Source: Allosphingosinicella sp. (GTDB taxonomy: Bacteria > Pseudomonadota > Alphaproteobacteria > Sphingomonadales > Sphingomonadaceae). From it: a DNA stretch of 38,541 bases. Below the pieces are notes generated by a model that worked only from the letters and a program-made list of their open reading frames with translations, ran no database searches and was not told the DNA's origin. Position numbers and translations under genes: made by a program. The DNA lies in NCBI GenBank assembly GCA_041905385.1, contig JAYRLF010000003.1, positions 1 to 38,541 of the forward strand. The letters run 5' to 3'. Positions within the stretch are counted from its first letter, which is position 1. Each line of letters begins with the position of its first letter. Shown here piece after piece: positions 26,401 through 36,947 of the stretch.

Positions 26401-27254
26401 GGCGTCCTCCGCTGGCGCCGCGCCCGCCGGTCGCTGCGCGGATCATTGCCGCGCGCGATCCGCACGATCTGCTGGCGGCGCGCGCCAAGCCGCAGCTCGG
26501 CCAGGTCGAACAGGCGGTCGACGACATAATAGCGCCCGGCCATGCGATAGTTGACGAGCTGGGCCGCCCCGTCCTCGCCAATCACGAACAAAGGCGGCGC
26601 TTCGCCCTGCGCAATGCTCGCCGGAAACTCGACATAGGTCTGGCGGCCGTCGTCGAACGCGCGCAGCGGCCGCCAGCGCGGCTGGTCGCCCGAGATGCGA
26701 TAGCCGAAATCGAGCCGCTCGACCGCGAGGCCCTCCGCGACCGGCCGCGCCGTCCCGGTCGCCGCGGCCTCGCGGCGCAGCGCGACCAGTTCGTCCTGCG
26801 GATAGGTCCAGGAGATCGCCATCATCGCGGTGCGCGCCAGGCTCTCCAGCTGGAGATGATAGGCGCGCCGGTCGGTGGTGATGACCAGATTGGTGCGCAG
26901 GTCCGCCGAGAAGGGCTTGATCAGGATATGAACCCGCCGCCCCTCGCCGCTGCCGCTGGTCGTGTCGCCGACCGTCCAGCGCACGGTGTCGCCGGCTGCG
27001 ACCGAGACCAGGGTCTCGCCCGGCTGCAGCGCGATGTCGGTCACGCGTTCCGGCGCCGCATAGAGGCGGTAGAGCGTGCCGTCCGCATAAGGATAGACCT
27101 GCACCGCGTTGACGAAGCCGGCGCCGGACGGCTCGCGCAGCGCCGCGCGATTGGCGGCGGAGACCGAGCCCGGCCCGGGCGCCGGGCGACTCTGCGCCGC
27201 GAGCGGCGCTGCCAGGCCGATCAGGCTGGCCGAGACGAGGCAGAAGCGAATCAT
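26397..27254 (-). CDS. trbG: Conjugal transfer protein TrbG (VirB9)
   Basis: Signal peptide; VTDIALQPGE, AGDTVRW, TNLVITTDRRAY, AFDDGRQTY, LVNYR. Confidence 0.95.
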   Translation of the reverse strand: MIRFCLVSASLIGLAAPLAAQSRPAPGPGSVSAANRAALREPSGAGFVNAVQVYPYADGTLYRLYAAPERVTDIALQPGETLVSVAAGDTVRWTVGDTTSGSGEGRRVHILIKPFSADLRTNLVITTDRRAYHLQLESLARTAMMAISWTYPQDELVALRREAAATGTARPVAEGLAVERLDFGYRISGDQPRWRPLRAFDDGRQTYVEFPASIAQGEAPPLFVIGEDGAAQLVNYRMAGRYYVVDRLFDLAELRLGARRQQIVRIARGNDPRSDRRARRQRRTP

Positions 27255-28069
27255 GAGGAACTCCTTTCGGCAGGGATGGCGGGACTGGCCGGGTCTGCAC
27301 CGAGGGTCGGATCGAGCGGCGAGCCCGTCGGGATCGTGACCGGCGCTGGCGGATCGGCCGGGGGCGGCGCAGGCGGCGGCGGCGGGCTGTCGAGCTCACG
27401 GCTCCAGTCGACCGCGTCGACGTAAAGGCCGAGCGGATTGCGCCGCAGGATCTCGGCCGAACGCGGCGGGCGCACCAGCACGGTGAGGATCGCGGTCCAG
27501 CGCGACGTGCCGGCGAGGCTGCCGCGCTCATACGCGCTCTCGGTCCACTTGACCTGGAACGAGCTGTCGGACGCGCGGACGATGCTGGTGACCTGGACCG
27601 ACACAGTTCGCCGGCCGACCTCGGCAAACGGATTTGCGGCGCGGGCATATTCGCCGAGGAACAAAGCGCCGCGCTCGGACGCGAAATCATAGGCCGAAAG
27701 CCAGTTCTGCCGCATCAGCACCGGGTCGAGCGAGCGCGAGCGGATGCTGGCGACGAACCGTCCGAGATGCCATGCGATCTGCGGATCGGTCGGCCGGTAG
27801 TCGCATGCCGCCGGCGCCACCGCCCGCGCCTCGCCGAGCGCGTCGACCTCGACCACATAGGGGACCACCCGGCTCTGCATCGACTGCCAGACCAGAGCGC
27901 CGGACAGGCCGGTCGCGAGGATCAGGCTGCCGAACGCCATCATTCGCCAGCTCTGCGCCTGGACCCGGGCCGAACCGATCCGCTCGTCCCATAGCTGGCC
28001 GGCCCGCTGATAGGGGGTCTCGGGATCGGGCGTTCGCCCGTAACGTTGCACCGCTCGCCTGAATCGCAT
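27251..28069 (-). CDS. trbF: Conjugal transfer protein TrbF (VirB8), with Pro-rich C-terminal tail
   Basis: PETPYQRAGQLWDERIGSARVQA, PYVVEVD, NPLGLYV. Confidence 0.95.
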   Translation of the reverse strand: MRFRRAVQRYGRTPDPETPYQRAGQLWDERIGSARVQAQSWRMMAFGSLILATGLSGALVWQSMQSRVVPYVVEVDALGEARAVAPAACDYRPTDPQIAWHLGRFVASIRSRSLDPVLMRQNWLSAYDFASERGALFLGEYARAANPFAEVGRRTVSVQVTSIVRASDSSFQVKWTESAYERGSLAGTSRWTAILTVLVRPPRSAEILRRNPLGLYVDAVDWSRELDSPPPPPAPPPADPPAPVTIPTGSPLDPTLGADPASPAIPAERSSS

Positions 28070-28072
28070 CGA

Positions 28073-29374
28073 TCAGTCCCTTTCGCTGATATCCGGAGAG
28101 ATGCCGCCGCCGCCCTTGTCGCCCTCGCGCAGGGCATGAAGCGCGACCTGGCGGCGAGCGCGCGACGCCTGCTCGGTGCGCAGCTGGCGGGCCCAGGCCG
28201 GCGGCTCCGCCGAAGAGTCCGTCAGGGCGGCGGCGCCGCCACTGCGGCTGCCAGCGCGCAAGGCCGCATTCTGCCCGCGCGCCGCCGCCTCGCGCAGCCC
28301 GAGCGCGCCGCCGGCGCGGCTCGCGCCGTCGCCGATCGCGCCCCTCGCCGCGCTCGCCATGCCGCGCATGCCGGCGCCGACGGTGCGTGATCCCGAGGTC
28401 TCCTGGCCGAGCCGGTATGAGGTCGAGGCCGCCGCACCCATGCTGGTGCCGGCCCGGATCGCGCCGAGGCCGGCGCCGGCCGCGAGCCGCGCTCCGCCGG
28501 CTACCGCCGCCCCGCCAACCGCCAGGGTCGCGCCGGCGCCGGCGACGGTGCCGATCGCCGCGCCCGCACCGAGCTGCGGCGCGCCCGAGACCAGGCCGGT
28601 CGCGATCCCCGGGCCGAAGATGCCGAGCCCGAACAAGGCGATGCTCGCCAGCATCAGCGCCATCGCCTGGTCGATATTGATCTCGCCGGTGAGGGCTCCG
28701 GTGAACTGGCCGAAAAAGCCGGAGCCGATGCCGACGATCACAGCCAGCACCATCACCTTGATGCCCGAGCTGACGACATTGCCGAGCACCCGCTCGGCCA
28801 GGAAGCCGGTCCGGTTCCACAAGGCGAACGGCACCAGCACGAAGCCCGCCAGCGCGGTCAGCTTGAACTCGAGGATGGTGACGAACAGTTGCACGGCGAG
28901 GATGAAGAAGGCGATGATCACGATCACCCAGGCGATCATCAGCACCGCGATCTCCAGGAAATTCTCGAAGAAGGCGATCGGGCCGACGAGCTCGGCGACC
29001 TTGTCGAGCAGGGGCGCCGCCGCCTCGAACCCGGTGCCGGCGAGCCGCCCGGGGCGGAGCAGGTCGTCGGCCGACATCGTGCCCCCGCCGGCGGTGAGGC
29101 CAAGCCCGGCGAACGAGCGGAAGATGATGTCTGCAAGCGTCGAAAAGCTGTTGAGGATCAGGGCGAACACGCCGACGAACAGGATCTTCTTGAGGAACTT
29201 GGCGATGATGTCGTCCTCGCCGCCCAAGGCCCAGAACAGGCCGGCAAGTGTGATGTCGATGCCGATCAGGATCGTGGTCAGGAAGGCGACGTCGGGCCCA
29301 AGCAGTCCGAAGCCGCTGTCGATATAGCGGATGAACGCGTCCATGAACTGGTCGATGACATTGAGGTCGTCCAC
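28073..29374 (-). CDS. trbL: Conjugal transfer protein TrbL (VirB6)
   Basis: FIRYIDSGFGLL, QLFVTILEFKL, FLAERVLGNVVSSGIK, GLVSGAPQLGAG. Confidence 0.95.
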   Translation of the reverse strand: MDDLNVIDQFMDAFIRYIDSGFGLLGPDVAFLTTILIGIDITLAGLFWALGGEDDIIAKFLKKILFVGVFALILNSFSTLADIIFRSFAGLGLTAGGGTMSADDLLRPGRLAGTGFEAAAPLLDKVAELVGPIAFFENFLEIAVLMIAWVIVIIAFFILAVQLFVTILEFKLTALAGFVLVPFALWNRTGFLAERVLGNVVSSGIKVMVLAVIVGIGSGFFGQFTGALTGEINIDQAMALMLASIALFGLGIFGPGIATGLVSGAPQLGAGAAIGTVAGAGATLAVGGAAVAGGARLAAGAGLGAIRAGTSMGAAASTSYRLGQETSGSRTVGAGMRGMASAARGAIGDGASRAGGALGLREAAARGQNAALRAGSRSGGAAALTDSSAEPPAWARQLRTEQASRARRQVALHALREGDKGGGGISPDISERD

Positions 29375-29497
29375 TGCTCTGCAATCCTGTTCCGAGGGTT
29401 TTGCCGCGGGGCCCGGAGGCCGGGGGGAAGGACTCGACGGGCCCCGCGACGGGACGCGCGCCGGCGAGAGGGCTTGTGCCGGCGCCGCCCCTTTTCG

Positions 29498-30232
29498 TCA
29501 GTTGCGCGGGCTGTAGGCGCGGCCATCGCCGAGGAATCGCCGGGTCGACTCGCGGGCCTCGCGCTCGATCTGGCCGCGCCGGCCCTGCTCGACCGACTCG
29601 GCACGGAACTGCGCCGCCATCAGCTGCTGGATCTGGAGCTGCTGCTTCGCCGCAAGCGCGAGCAGCTGGTTGGTCGCCTGCTGCGCCTGGAGCGAGCCTT
29701 CCGCGCCCTGGCTTCGGCCAACGATGTCGCGCAGGGTCTCGGCATCGTCGCGGACATTGGTGACGATCTCGTTCTGCAGAGCCATGGCCGACCGGAACCC
29801 GCCCATCGCCGCCTCGAGCTGGGCGCGGGCGCGCTGGACGCGCTGGTCGCGGCCGAACAGGCGCTGGAAGTCGTTCGGGTAGAGCTGGCGCAGTTGCGCC
29901 TCGAGCTGATCGACCCGGAAATCGACGCCCTGGGCCTGGCCCATCAGCCGGTCGATCTGGCCGAGCCGCTGCTGCAGTTGCTGCATCTGCGGGAAGTCGA
30001 CCCGGGCCAGGTTGCGGGCCATGTTGGTCAGCATCATCGCCTCATTCTGCAGCTGCTGGATCTGCTGGTTGATCGAGGTGAGGGTGCGGGCGGCGGTCAA
30101 CACATTCTGGGCATAATTGGAGGGATCGAACACGCTGAGCTGGGCCGCGGCGGGGACGCTGATCATGCTCGTGCCGATCGCGCCGGCGATGGTGCAGCCG
30201 AGCAAGGCGGCGGTCAGGGCAGTCTTCATCAT
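29498..30232 (-). CDS. trbJ: Conjugal transfer protein TrbJ (VirB5)
   Basis: VFDPSNYAQNVLTAAR, SQGAEGSLQAQQATNQLLAL. Confidence 0.95.
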   Translation of the reverse strand: MMKTALTAALLGCTIAGAIGTSMISVPAAAQLSVFDPSNYAQNVLTAARTLTSINQQIQQLQNEAMMLTNMARNLARVDFPQMQQLQQRLGQIDRLMGQAQGVDFRVDQLEAQLRQLYPNDFQRLFGRDQRVQRARAQLEAAMGGFRSAMALQNEIVTNVRDDAETLRDIVGRSQGAEGSLQAQQATNQLLALAAKQQLQIQQLMAAQFRAESVEQGRRGQIEREARESTRRFLGDGRAYSPRN

Positions 30233-32678
30233 TCAGTCTCCTTCTGGGGCGGGGTCGGGAAAGTCGGCGAGCAGGGACGCGGCCCAGTCGAGGCCTTGGG
30301 CCGCGAGGAAGCGCGCGGCGAAGCCCTTGGCGCCATGTTCGGCGAGCAGGGCGTCGATCCGCTTCCTTGTGTCGGCATCGGACGCGCCGCACAGGGCGAG
30401 GGCGACCGGTCCGAGGCCGAGCTCGAACAGGCGATTGCCGCGCGCGGACTGGAGATAATATTGCCGCTTCGGCACGGCCCGGCTGATCAGCTCGAGCTGC
30501 CGCTCGTTGAGCCCGAACCGGACATAGAAGGCGCGGCTCTGCGGCTCGATCGCCCGGTCATTGGGCAGCAGGATGCGGGCAGCTCTCGATGATCGCCGGC
30601 GCGATCGTTGAATCGGCGATGTCGGCAAGACTCTGGGTGGCGAAGACCACCGCGACGTTGCGCTTGCGCAGCACCTTGAGCCATTCGCGGATGCGCGCCG
30701 CGAACAGGGGATGGTCGAGGAAGACCCAGGCCTCGTCGAGGATCAGCAGGGTCGGCCGGCCGGTGAACCGTTCCTCGAGCCGGTGGAACAGGTAGGTCAG
30801 CACCGGCGCCACCACCCCGGCCTGCCCCATCAGCCCTTCGGTCTCGAAGCACTGGATGTCGGCGAGCGCGCCCACCCCATCCTCGGCCGCGTCCAGCAGC
30901 CGCCCGAACGGGCCCTCGAGCGTATAGGGGGCGAGCGCTGCGCGCAGCGCGGTCGACTGGAGCAGCAGCGACAGGCCGGTCAGCGTGCGCTCCTCGACCG
31001 GCGCCGATGCGAGGCTGGTCAGCGCGGTCCAGACCGTCTCCTTGACCTCGGCGGTGACCAGCACCTTCTCGTGCGCCAGCAGGGCGGCGATCCACTCGGC
31101 CGCCCAGGCGCGTTCGTCGCCGCGGTCGATGCGGGCCAGCGGTTGGAATGCGATCGCCCGCGCGCCGCCCTCATCGCCGCCGAGCCCCAGGGCATGATGC
31201 GCGCCGCCCATCGCCAGCACCGCGGCGCGGGCGGAATGGCCCTTGTCGAAGATGTAGACCTGGGCGCCGGGATAGCGGCGGAACTGGAGCGCGAGCAAAG
31301 CCAGCAGCACCGACTTGCCGGCCCCGGTCGGGCCGACCACCAGCATGTGGCCGACATCGCCGACATGGGTGGAGAGGCGGAACGGGGTCGTCCCGCTGGT
31401 CTCGGCGAAGAGCAAGGGCGGTCCGCCGAGATGGGCGTTGCGCGCCGGCCCCGCCCAGACCGACGACAGGGGCATGAGGTGGGCAAGGTTCAGGCTGTGG
31501 ACGAGCGGCTGGCGGACATTGGCGTAGACATGGCCCGGCAGCGAGCCGAGCCAGGCCTCGAGCGCGTTCATGCTCTCGCGGATGCAGGTGAAGCCGAGCC
31601 CGTTGACGACCCGCTCGACGCTGCGCACCTTCTCCTCGACCCGGCCACGGTCCGCGTCGAACAGGCTGATCGTCGCGGTCAGATAGCCGAACGCGACATG
31701 GTCCGCGCCGAGCGCCTGCAGCGCCAGGTCCGCATCCGCGACCTTGTTGTCGGCGTCGCTGTCAAGCAGCTGGACGGGCTGGTTGTAGAGCACCTCGCGC
31801 AGCAAAGCGGTGATCGACTTGCGCTTGTTGAACCATTGCCGGCGCAGCCGGGTCAGCGCCCGGGTCGCGTCGGTCTTGTCGAGCGCGATGAATCGGGTGA
31901 CCCAGCGATAGCCGAAATCCTGGTGGTTGAGCGCGTCGAGGATGCCGGGCCGGCTGAGCCCCGGAAAGCCGAGAATGGTGAGGGTGCGCAGATGCTGCTG
32001 GCCGAGCCTCGGCTCCAGCCCGCCGGTGAGGGGCATGTCGGCGAGCAGGCCGTCCAGGTAGAAGGGCGTGCGGGGGACCGCGACGCGGTGGCGGCGGGTC
32101 GAGATCGTCCCGTGCAGGTAGGTCAGCATCGCCTCGTCGCCCAAGGCGGCGATCTCGGGCATGAAGCCGGCGAACAGGTCGAGCGCACGGTCGGTCTCGG
32201 CGACGAAGCCGGCGAGCGCCTCGCGCCAGTCGCGCCCCTTCAGGTCGTCGCTGCGCTCGATCAGCATGCGGCCGGCGCTGTCCGCCTGGTCCGGCGGCGG
32301 CAGGAAGGTCAGGGTCAGATGGTACCGGCTTTCGAAATGCCGGCCGGCCGCGTGGAAGGCGGCGCGGCGTTCCTCGTCGACCAGCCATGAGGCCGGGTCC
32401 GGAAAGGCGCTGACCGGATGATCGAGCGCCTCGCGCCGCTCGGCCTCGACGTGGAGCGCCCAGCCCGAGCCGAAGCGCTTCAGAACATTGTTGGCGCGGG
32501 CGCAGGCCGCGACCAGCTCCGCCTCGGTCGCCGATTCGAGGTCGGGACCGCGGAACCGGAAGGTGCGCATGAAGGCGCCGTCCTTGTTGAGCACCACGCC
32601 GGGCGCGACCAGCGCCGCCCAGGGCAGATGGTCGGCGAGGCGGTCGGCGCGGGCCCGATATTCGCGCAGCGCTAGCAC
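30233..32678 (-). pseudogene. trbE: Conjugal transfer ATPase TrbE (VirB4), frameshifted near 30575
   Basis: Starts MLALREYRARADRLADHLPW; GPTGAGKS, ILDEAW, FATQSLADI. The frame breaks at IIESCP and resumes as RILLPNDRAIEPQ in another frame. Confidence 0.88.
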
Positions 32679-32935
32679 GACAGGTGGCCGCGCTGGCGCA
32701 GATGGCGGACGAGCACCGCCGCAAAATCCGGATCCCGCTTCGCGGCGAACAGGGCGAGGCTGTGGCCGACCGCCCACAAAGCGAGCCCTGCGACCCATTG
32801 CTGCAGGCCAAGGCCGAGGGCGGCGGCGACCGTGCCATTGACGATCGCGACCGCCCGCGGCGCCCCGCCGAGCAGGATCGGCTCGGCGAGCGCGCGGTGG
32901 AGCGGCGCCTCATAGCCTTCGACATGGCCGGTCAT
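32672..32935 (-). CDS. trbD: Conjugal transfer protein TrbD (VirB3)
   Basis: PLHRALAEPILLGGAPR...AAKRDPDF; ATG at 32935. Confidence 0.92.
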   Translation of the reverse strand: MTGHVEGYEAPLHRALAEPILLGGAPRAVAIVNGTVAAALGLGLQQWVAGLALWAVGHSLALFAAKRDPDFAAVLVRHLRQRGHLSC

Positions 32936-33267
32936 GCCACCAGCGCTCCGCCGCCGAAGCTGAAGAAGCTGAGGAAGAAACTCGACGCGGCGAACGCGAT
33001 CGACAGGCCGAAAATGATCTGGATGAGCCGGCGGAACCCGCCGGCAGTCTCGCCGAACGCCAGGGTGAGCCCGGTCATGATGATGATGATCACCGCGATG
33101 ATCTTGGCGACCGGCCCCTGGACAGATTCGAGCACCTGCTGCAGCGGCTCCTCCCAGGGCATACCGGAGCCGGCGGCCTGCGCGGTCGCCGCGACCGCCA
33201 GAGCGAGCGCCGCAGCGACGGCGAGACGCGGCCGGGAGGGGCGATAGGACAAGCGGCGGAGGGTCAT
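32932..33267 (-). CDS. trbC: Pilin TrbC (VirB2)
   Basis: AAGSGMPWEEPLQQVLESVQGPVAK...FGLSIAFAASSFFLSFFSFGGGA; ATG at 33267 after AGGAG. Confidence 0.94.
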   Translation of the reverse strand: MTLRRLSYRPSRPRLAVAAALALAVAATAQAAGSGMPWEEPLQQVLESVQGPVAKIIAVIIIIMTGLTLAFGETAGGFRRLIQIIFGLSIAFAASSFFLSFFSFGGGALVA

Positions 33268-33269
33268 GG

Positions 33270-34270
<1,001 letters not shown>

Positions 34271-34274
<4 letters not shown>

Positions 34275-34672
34275 TGCCCGCCCTCGCCATCGGCTGCCGG
34301 GATCGAGCGCCTGCCGGAACCGATCTGGCGGCCGACCTGGGCCACGAACGCCTCGAACCGCTCCCGCCCGGCGGCTCGGGCGGCGCTGTCGGCCTCCGGC
34401 AGCGGCGCGGTCACGGTCAGCTGGTAGCGGACGAACAAGGAGAGGCTCTCGAGCAGCACCTCCATGTCGCGCCCGATCCGGCCGAGCTCGCGCGACATGC
34501 GGTCGAGCCGCAGCTTGAGCGCGTCGTCAACCTGGGCGGCGCCGCGGCGGCGGATCCAGGCGCCGAGCGCCTCATTGACGACCCCGCTCTTGGTCGCGCC
34601 AGGGGCGGCCGCGAGCATATCGAGCGCCCGGCTGAGCTCGAGATCGATGTAGAGATTCTGGCGCAGCTTCAT
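34271..34672 (-). CDS. CopG/ribbon-helix-helix protein
   Basis: MKLRQNLYID...KSGVVNEAL; ESLSLFVRYQLTVTAPLPE; usual position between traG and trbB. Confidence 0.85.
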
Positions 34673-34682
34673 GACGCCCTCC

Positions 34683-36776
34683 TCACAGACCCGGCAGGAC
34701 GTCATGGTCCTGCCCCTGGTTGAGGGCATGGCCGCGGACCACGCCGGTCAGCGAGCGCGCCCTGTCCATCGCCTTCTGGTCGGTCGCCGGGTCGGCCTCA
34801 TCCGCATCGAGACCGAGCGGGTCGGCGGTCAGCGCCCCGTCGCGGCGGACCGGCAGATCCTCGCCGAGCTCGGGGTGGCGCTGCTGCTGGAGCCCGCCCT
34901 CCTCGGCCAGCGCCTCCTCCGCGGCGCCAGCGCCAAGGCGGACATCCTGGCCGCGCGCGAAGCCTGCCCAGACATCCTGGCGAGGCGCCGGGCGGTCGGC
35001 ATTGTCGCCCGCGGCGAGGCGCGGCGGTGGTGCGGCGCGGCGCCGGAAATTGGCGTCCTCGAAATAGCGCAGCTTGCGCGCCCGGATCGGCGGCATGCCA
35101 GAGACCAGCACCAGCTCGTCGGACGGCGGCAGCTGCATCACCTCACCCTGGGTCAGCAGCGGCCGGGCGGTCTCCTGCCGGCTGACCATGACATGGGCGA
35201 GCCAGGGAGCGAGCCGGTGGCCGGCATAGTTGCGCATTGCCCTTTGCTCGGTGGCGACCCCGAGCGCGTCCGAGATCCGCCGCGCGGTGCGCTCGTCATT
35301 GGTCGCGAAGGCGATGCGGACATGGCAATTGTCGAGGATCGCATTGTGCTCGCCATAGGCCTTCTCGATCTGGTTCAGGCTCTGGGCGATCAGGAAGGCG
35401 CGGATGCCGTAGCCGGCCATGAAAGCCAAGGCGGTCTCGAAGAAATCGAGCCGGCCGAGCGCCGGAAACTCGTCCAGCATCAGCAACAGGTCCCGCCGGC
35501 GCCCGTCGCTCCGGGCGTCGAGGCGCTCGGTGAGGCGGCGACCGATCTGGTTCAGCACCAGCCGCACCAGCGGCTTGGTCCGCGAGATGTCTGACGGCGG
35601 AATGACCAGGTAGAGCGAGAGCGGGCGATCCGCCTCGACCAGGTCCTGGATCCGCCAGTCACAGCGCGAGGTCACCGCGGCGACGGTCGGGTCGCGATAG
35701 AGGCCGAGAAAGCTCATCGCGGTCGACAGCACGCCGGAGCGCTCATTCTCGCTCTTGTTGAGCAATTCGCGCGCGGCGGAGGCGACCACCGGGTGGACCA
35801 TGGGCGCTTCGGCGCTGCCGAGATGGTTGGTCGCCATCATCCGCCGCAGGGTCGCTGCGAACGAACGCTGCGGATCGGAGAGGAAGGTCGCGACCCGGGC
35901 GAGCGTCTTCTCCTCCTCCGAATAGAGGATGTGGAGAATCGCACCGACCAGCAGGCTGTGGCTGGTTTTCTCCCAATGGCTGCGCCGCTCGAGAGCGCCC
36001 TCCGGATCGACGAGGATGTCGGCGATATTCTGGACGTCGCGCACCTCCTGCGCGCCGCGCCGGACCTCGAGCAGCGGGTTGTAGCGGGCCGAGGCCGGAT
36101 CGGTCGGGTTGAACAGCAGCGCATGGCTGAACCGGGCACGCCAACCGGCGGTCAGTTGCCAGTTCTCACCCTTGATGTCGTGGACGACGACCGAGCCGGT
36201 CCAGCTGAGCAGCGTCGGGACGACCAGCCCGACGCCCTTGCCGGACCGGGTGGGGGCGAAGGCCATGACATGCTCGGGCCCGTCATGACGCAGGTAGCGG
36301 CCGTGCAGGCGCCCCAGGAAGAGGCCGGCATCGCCGAACAGGCCAGCGTTGGGGGCGGGGGGGGGCGGGGCCCCGCGCGGGGCGGCGGCAGGGGGGGGGC
36401 ACAGGGGCGGGGGCGCGTTGGCGACGTCGCGCGCCGTCGCCCAGCGCGCTGAGCCATAAGTGGTTACGAACCGCGCCTGGCGCGCGCGCCAGAGCGAACC
36501 GCCGACCGCGGCGGCGCAGCCGATGAACCCGCTGGCCGCGGCGAGGGTGCCGGCCCGGTCGAATATCTCGGGCGCATAGGCTTCATATTGATACCACCAG
36601 CCAAACAGCGCCCAGGGCCGATAGACCGGCCATTCACCGAGCTGGAACCAGGGGGACCCAAGCTGCGGCTGGTAGCTCAGCATCGCCGCGCACCACTGGG
36701 TTGCCCCCCAGACGCCGGCGAGCACGATCGCGAGTACGATCAGGATTTGGCCGATGAGCAGCTTGGTCGGTGTCAT
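34683..36776 (-). CDS. traG: Type IV coupling protein TraG (VirD4)
   Basis: TYGSARWA, FAPTRSGKGVGLVVPTLL, HDIKGENW, MLDEFPALG, IAQSLNQI. Confidence 0.96.
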   Translation of the reverse strand: MTPTKLLIGQILIVLAIVLAGVWGATQWCAAMLSYQPQLGSPWFQLGEWPVYRPWALFGWWYQYEAYAPEIFDRAGTLAAASGFIGCAAAVGGSLWRARQARFVTTYGSARWATARDVANAPPPLCPPPAAAPRGAPPPPAPNAGLFGDAGLFLGRLHGRYLRHDGPEHVMAFAPTRSGKGVGLVVPTLLSWTGSVVVHDIKGENWQLTAGWRARFSHALLFNPTDPASARYNPLLEVRRGAQEVRDVQNIADILVDPEGALERRSHWEKTSHSLLVGAILHILYSEEEKTLARVATFLSDPQRSFAATLRRMMATNHLGSAEAPMVHPVVASAARELLNKSENERSGVLSTAMSFLGLYRDPTVAAVTSRCDWRIQDLVEADRPLSLYLVIPPSDISRTKPLVRLVLNQIGRRLTERLDARSDGRRRDLLLMLDEFPALGRLDFFETALAFMAGYGIRAFLIAQSLNQIEKAYGEHNAILDNCHVRIAFATNDERTARRISDALGVATEQRAMRNYAGHRLAPWLAHVMVSRQETARPLLTQGEVMQLPPSDELVLVSGMPPIRARKLRYFEDANFRRRAAPPPRLAAGDNADRPAPRQDVWAGFARGQDVRLGAGAAEEALAEEGGLQQQRHPELGEDLPVRRDGALTADPLGLDADEADPATDQKAMDRARSLTGVVRGHALNQGQDHDVLPGL
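36346..36421. repeat. 69-bp in-frame G-run insertion in traG flanked by a GCGTTGG direct repeat
   Basis: GCGTTGG at 36346-36352 and 36415-36421; the interior has G runs up to 9 nt. Confidence 0.7.
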
Positions 36777-36947
36777 GGGACCCTCTTCCCGGACCGTCCG
36801 TCCGGATCAGGGCCCCAGGATCGGACCAGGGCGGCGATTCAGCGATGACGGTCGTGGCGCGGTGGAACGCGGGATGACGCAGGACGCACGATCATCCGTT
36901 CAGGCCTTCGCCCGCGGCGCGCCGTCCTGGCCTCGGGCCGAAGCGAT

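Noticed and set aside
27251-27400. Pro-rich TrbF tail as a second artefact
   Set aside because: Mixed codons, no long homopolymers and normal overlap with trbG; it looks like a natural low-complexity extension.
29278-29604. 108-aa ORF as trbK
   Set aside because: No signal peptide or lipobox, and it overlaps both trbJ and trbL out of frame.
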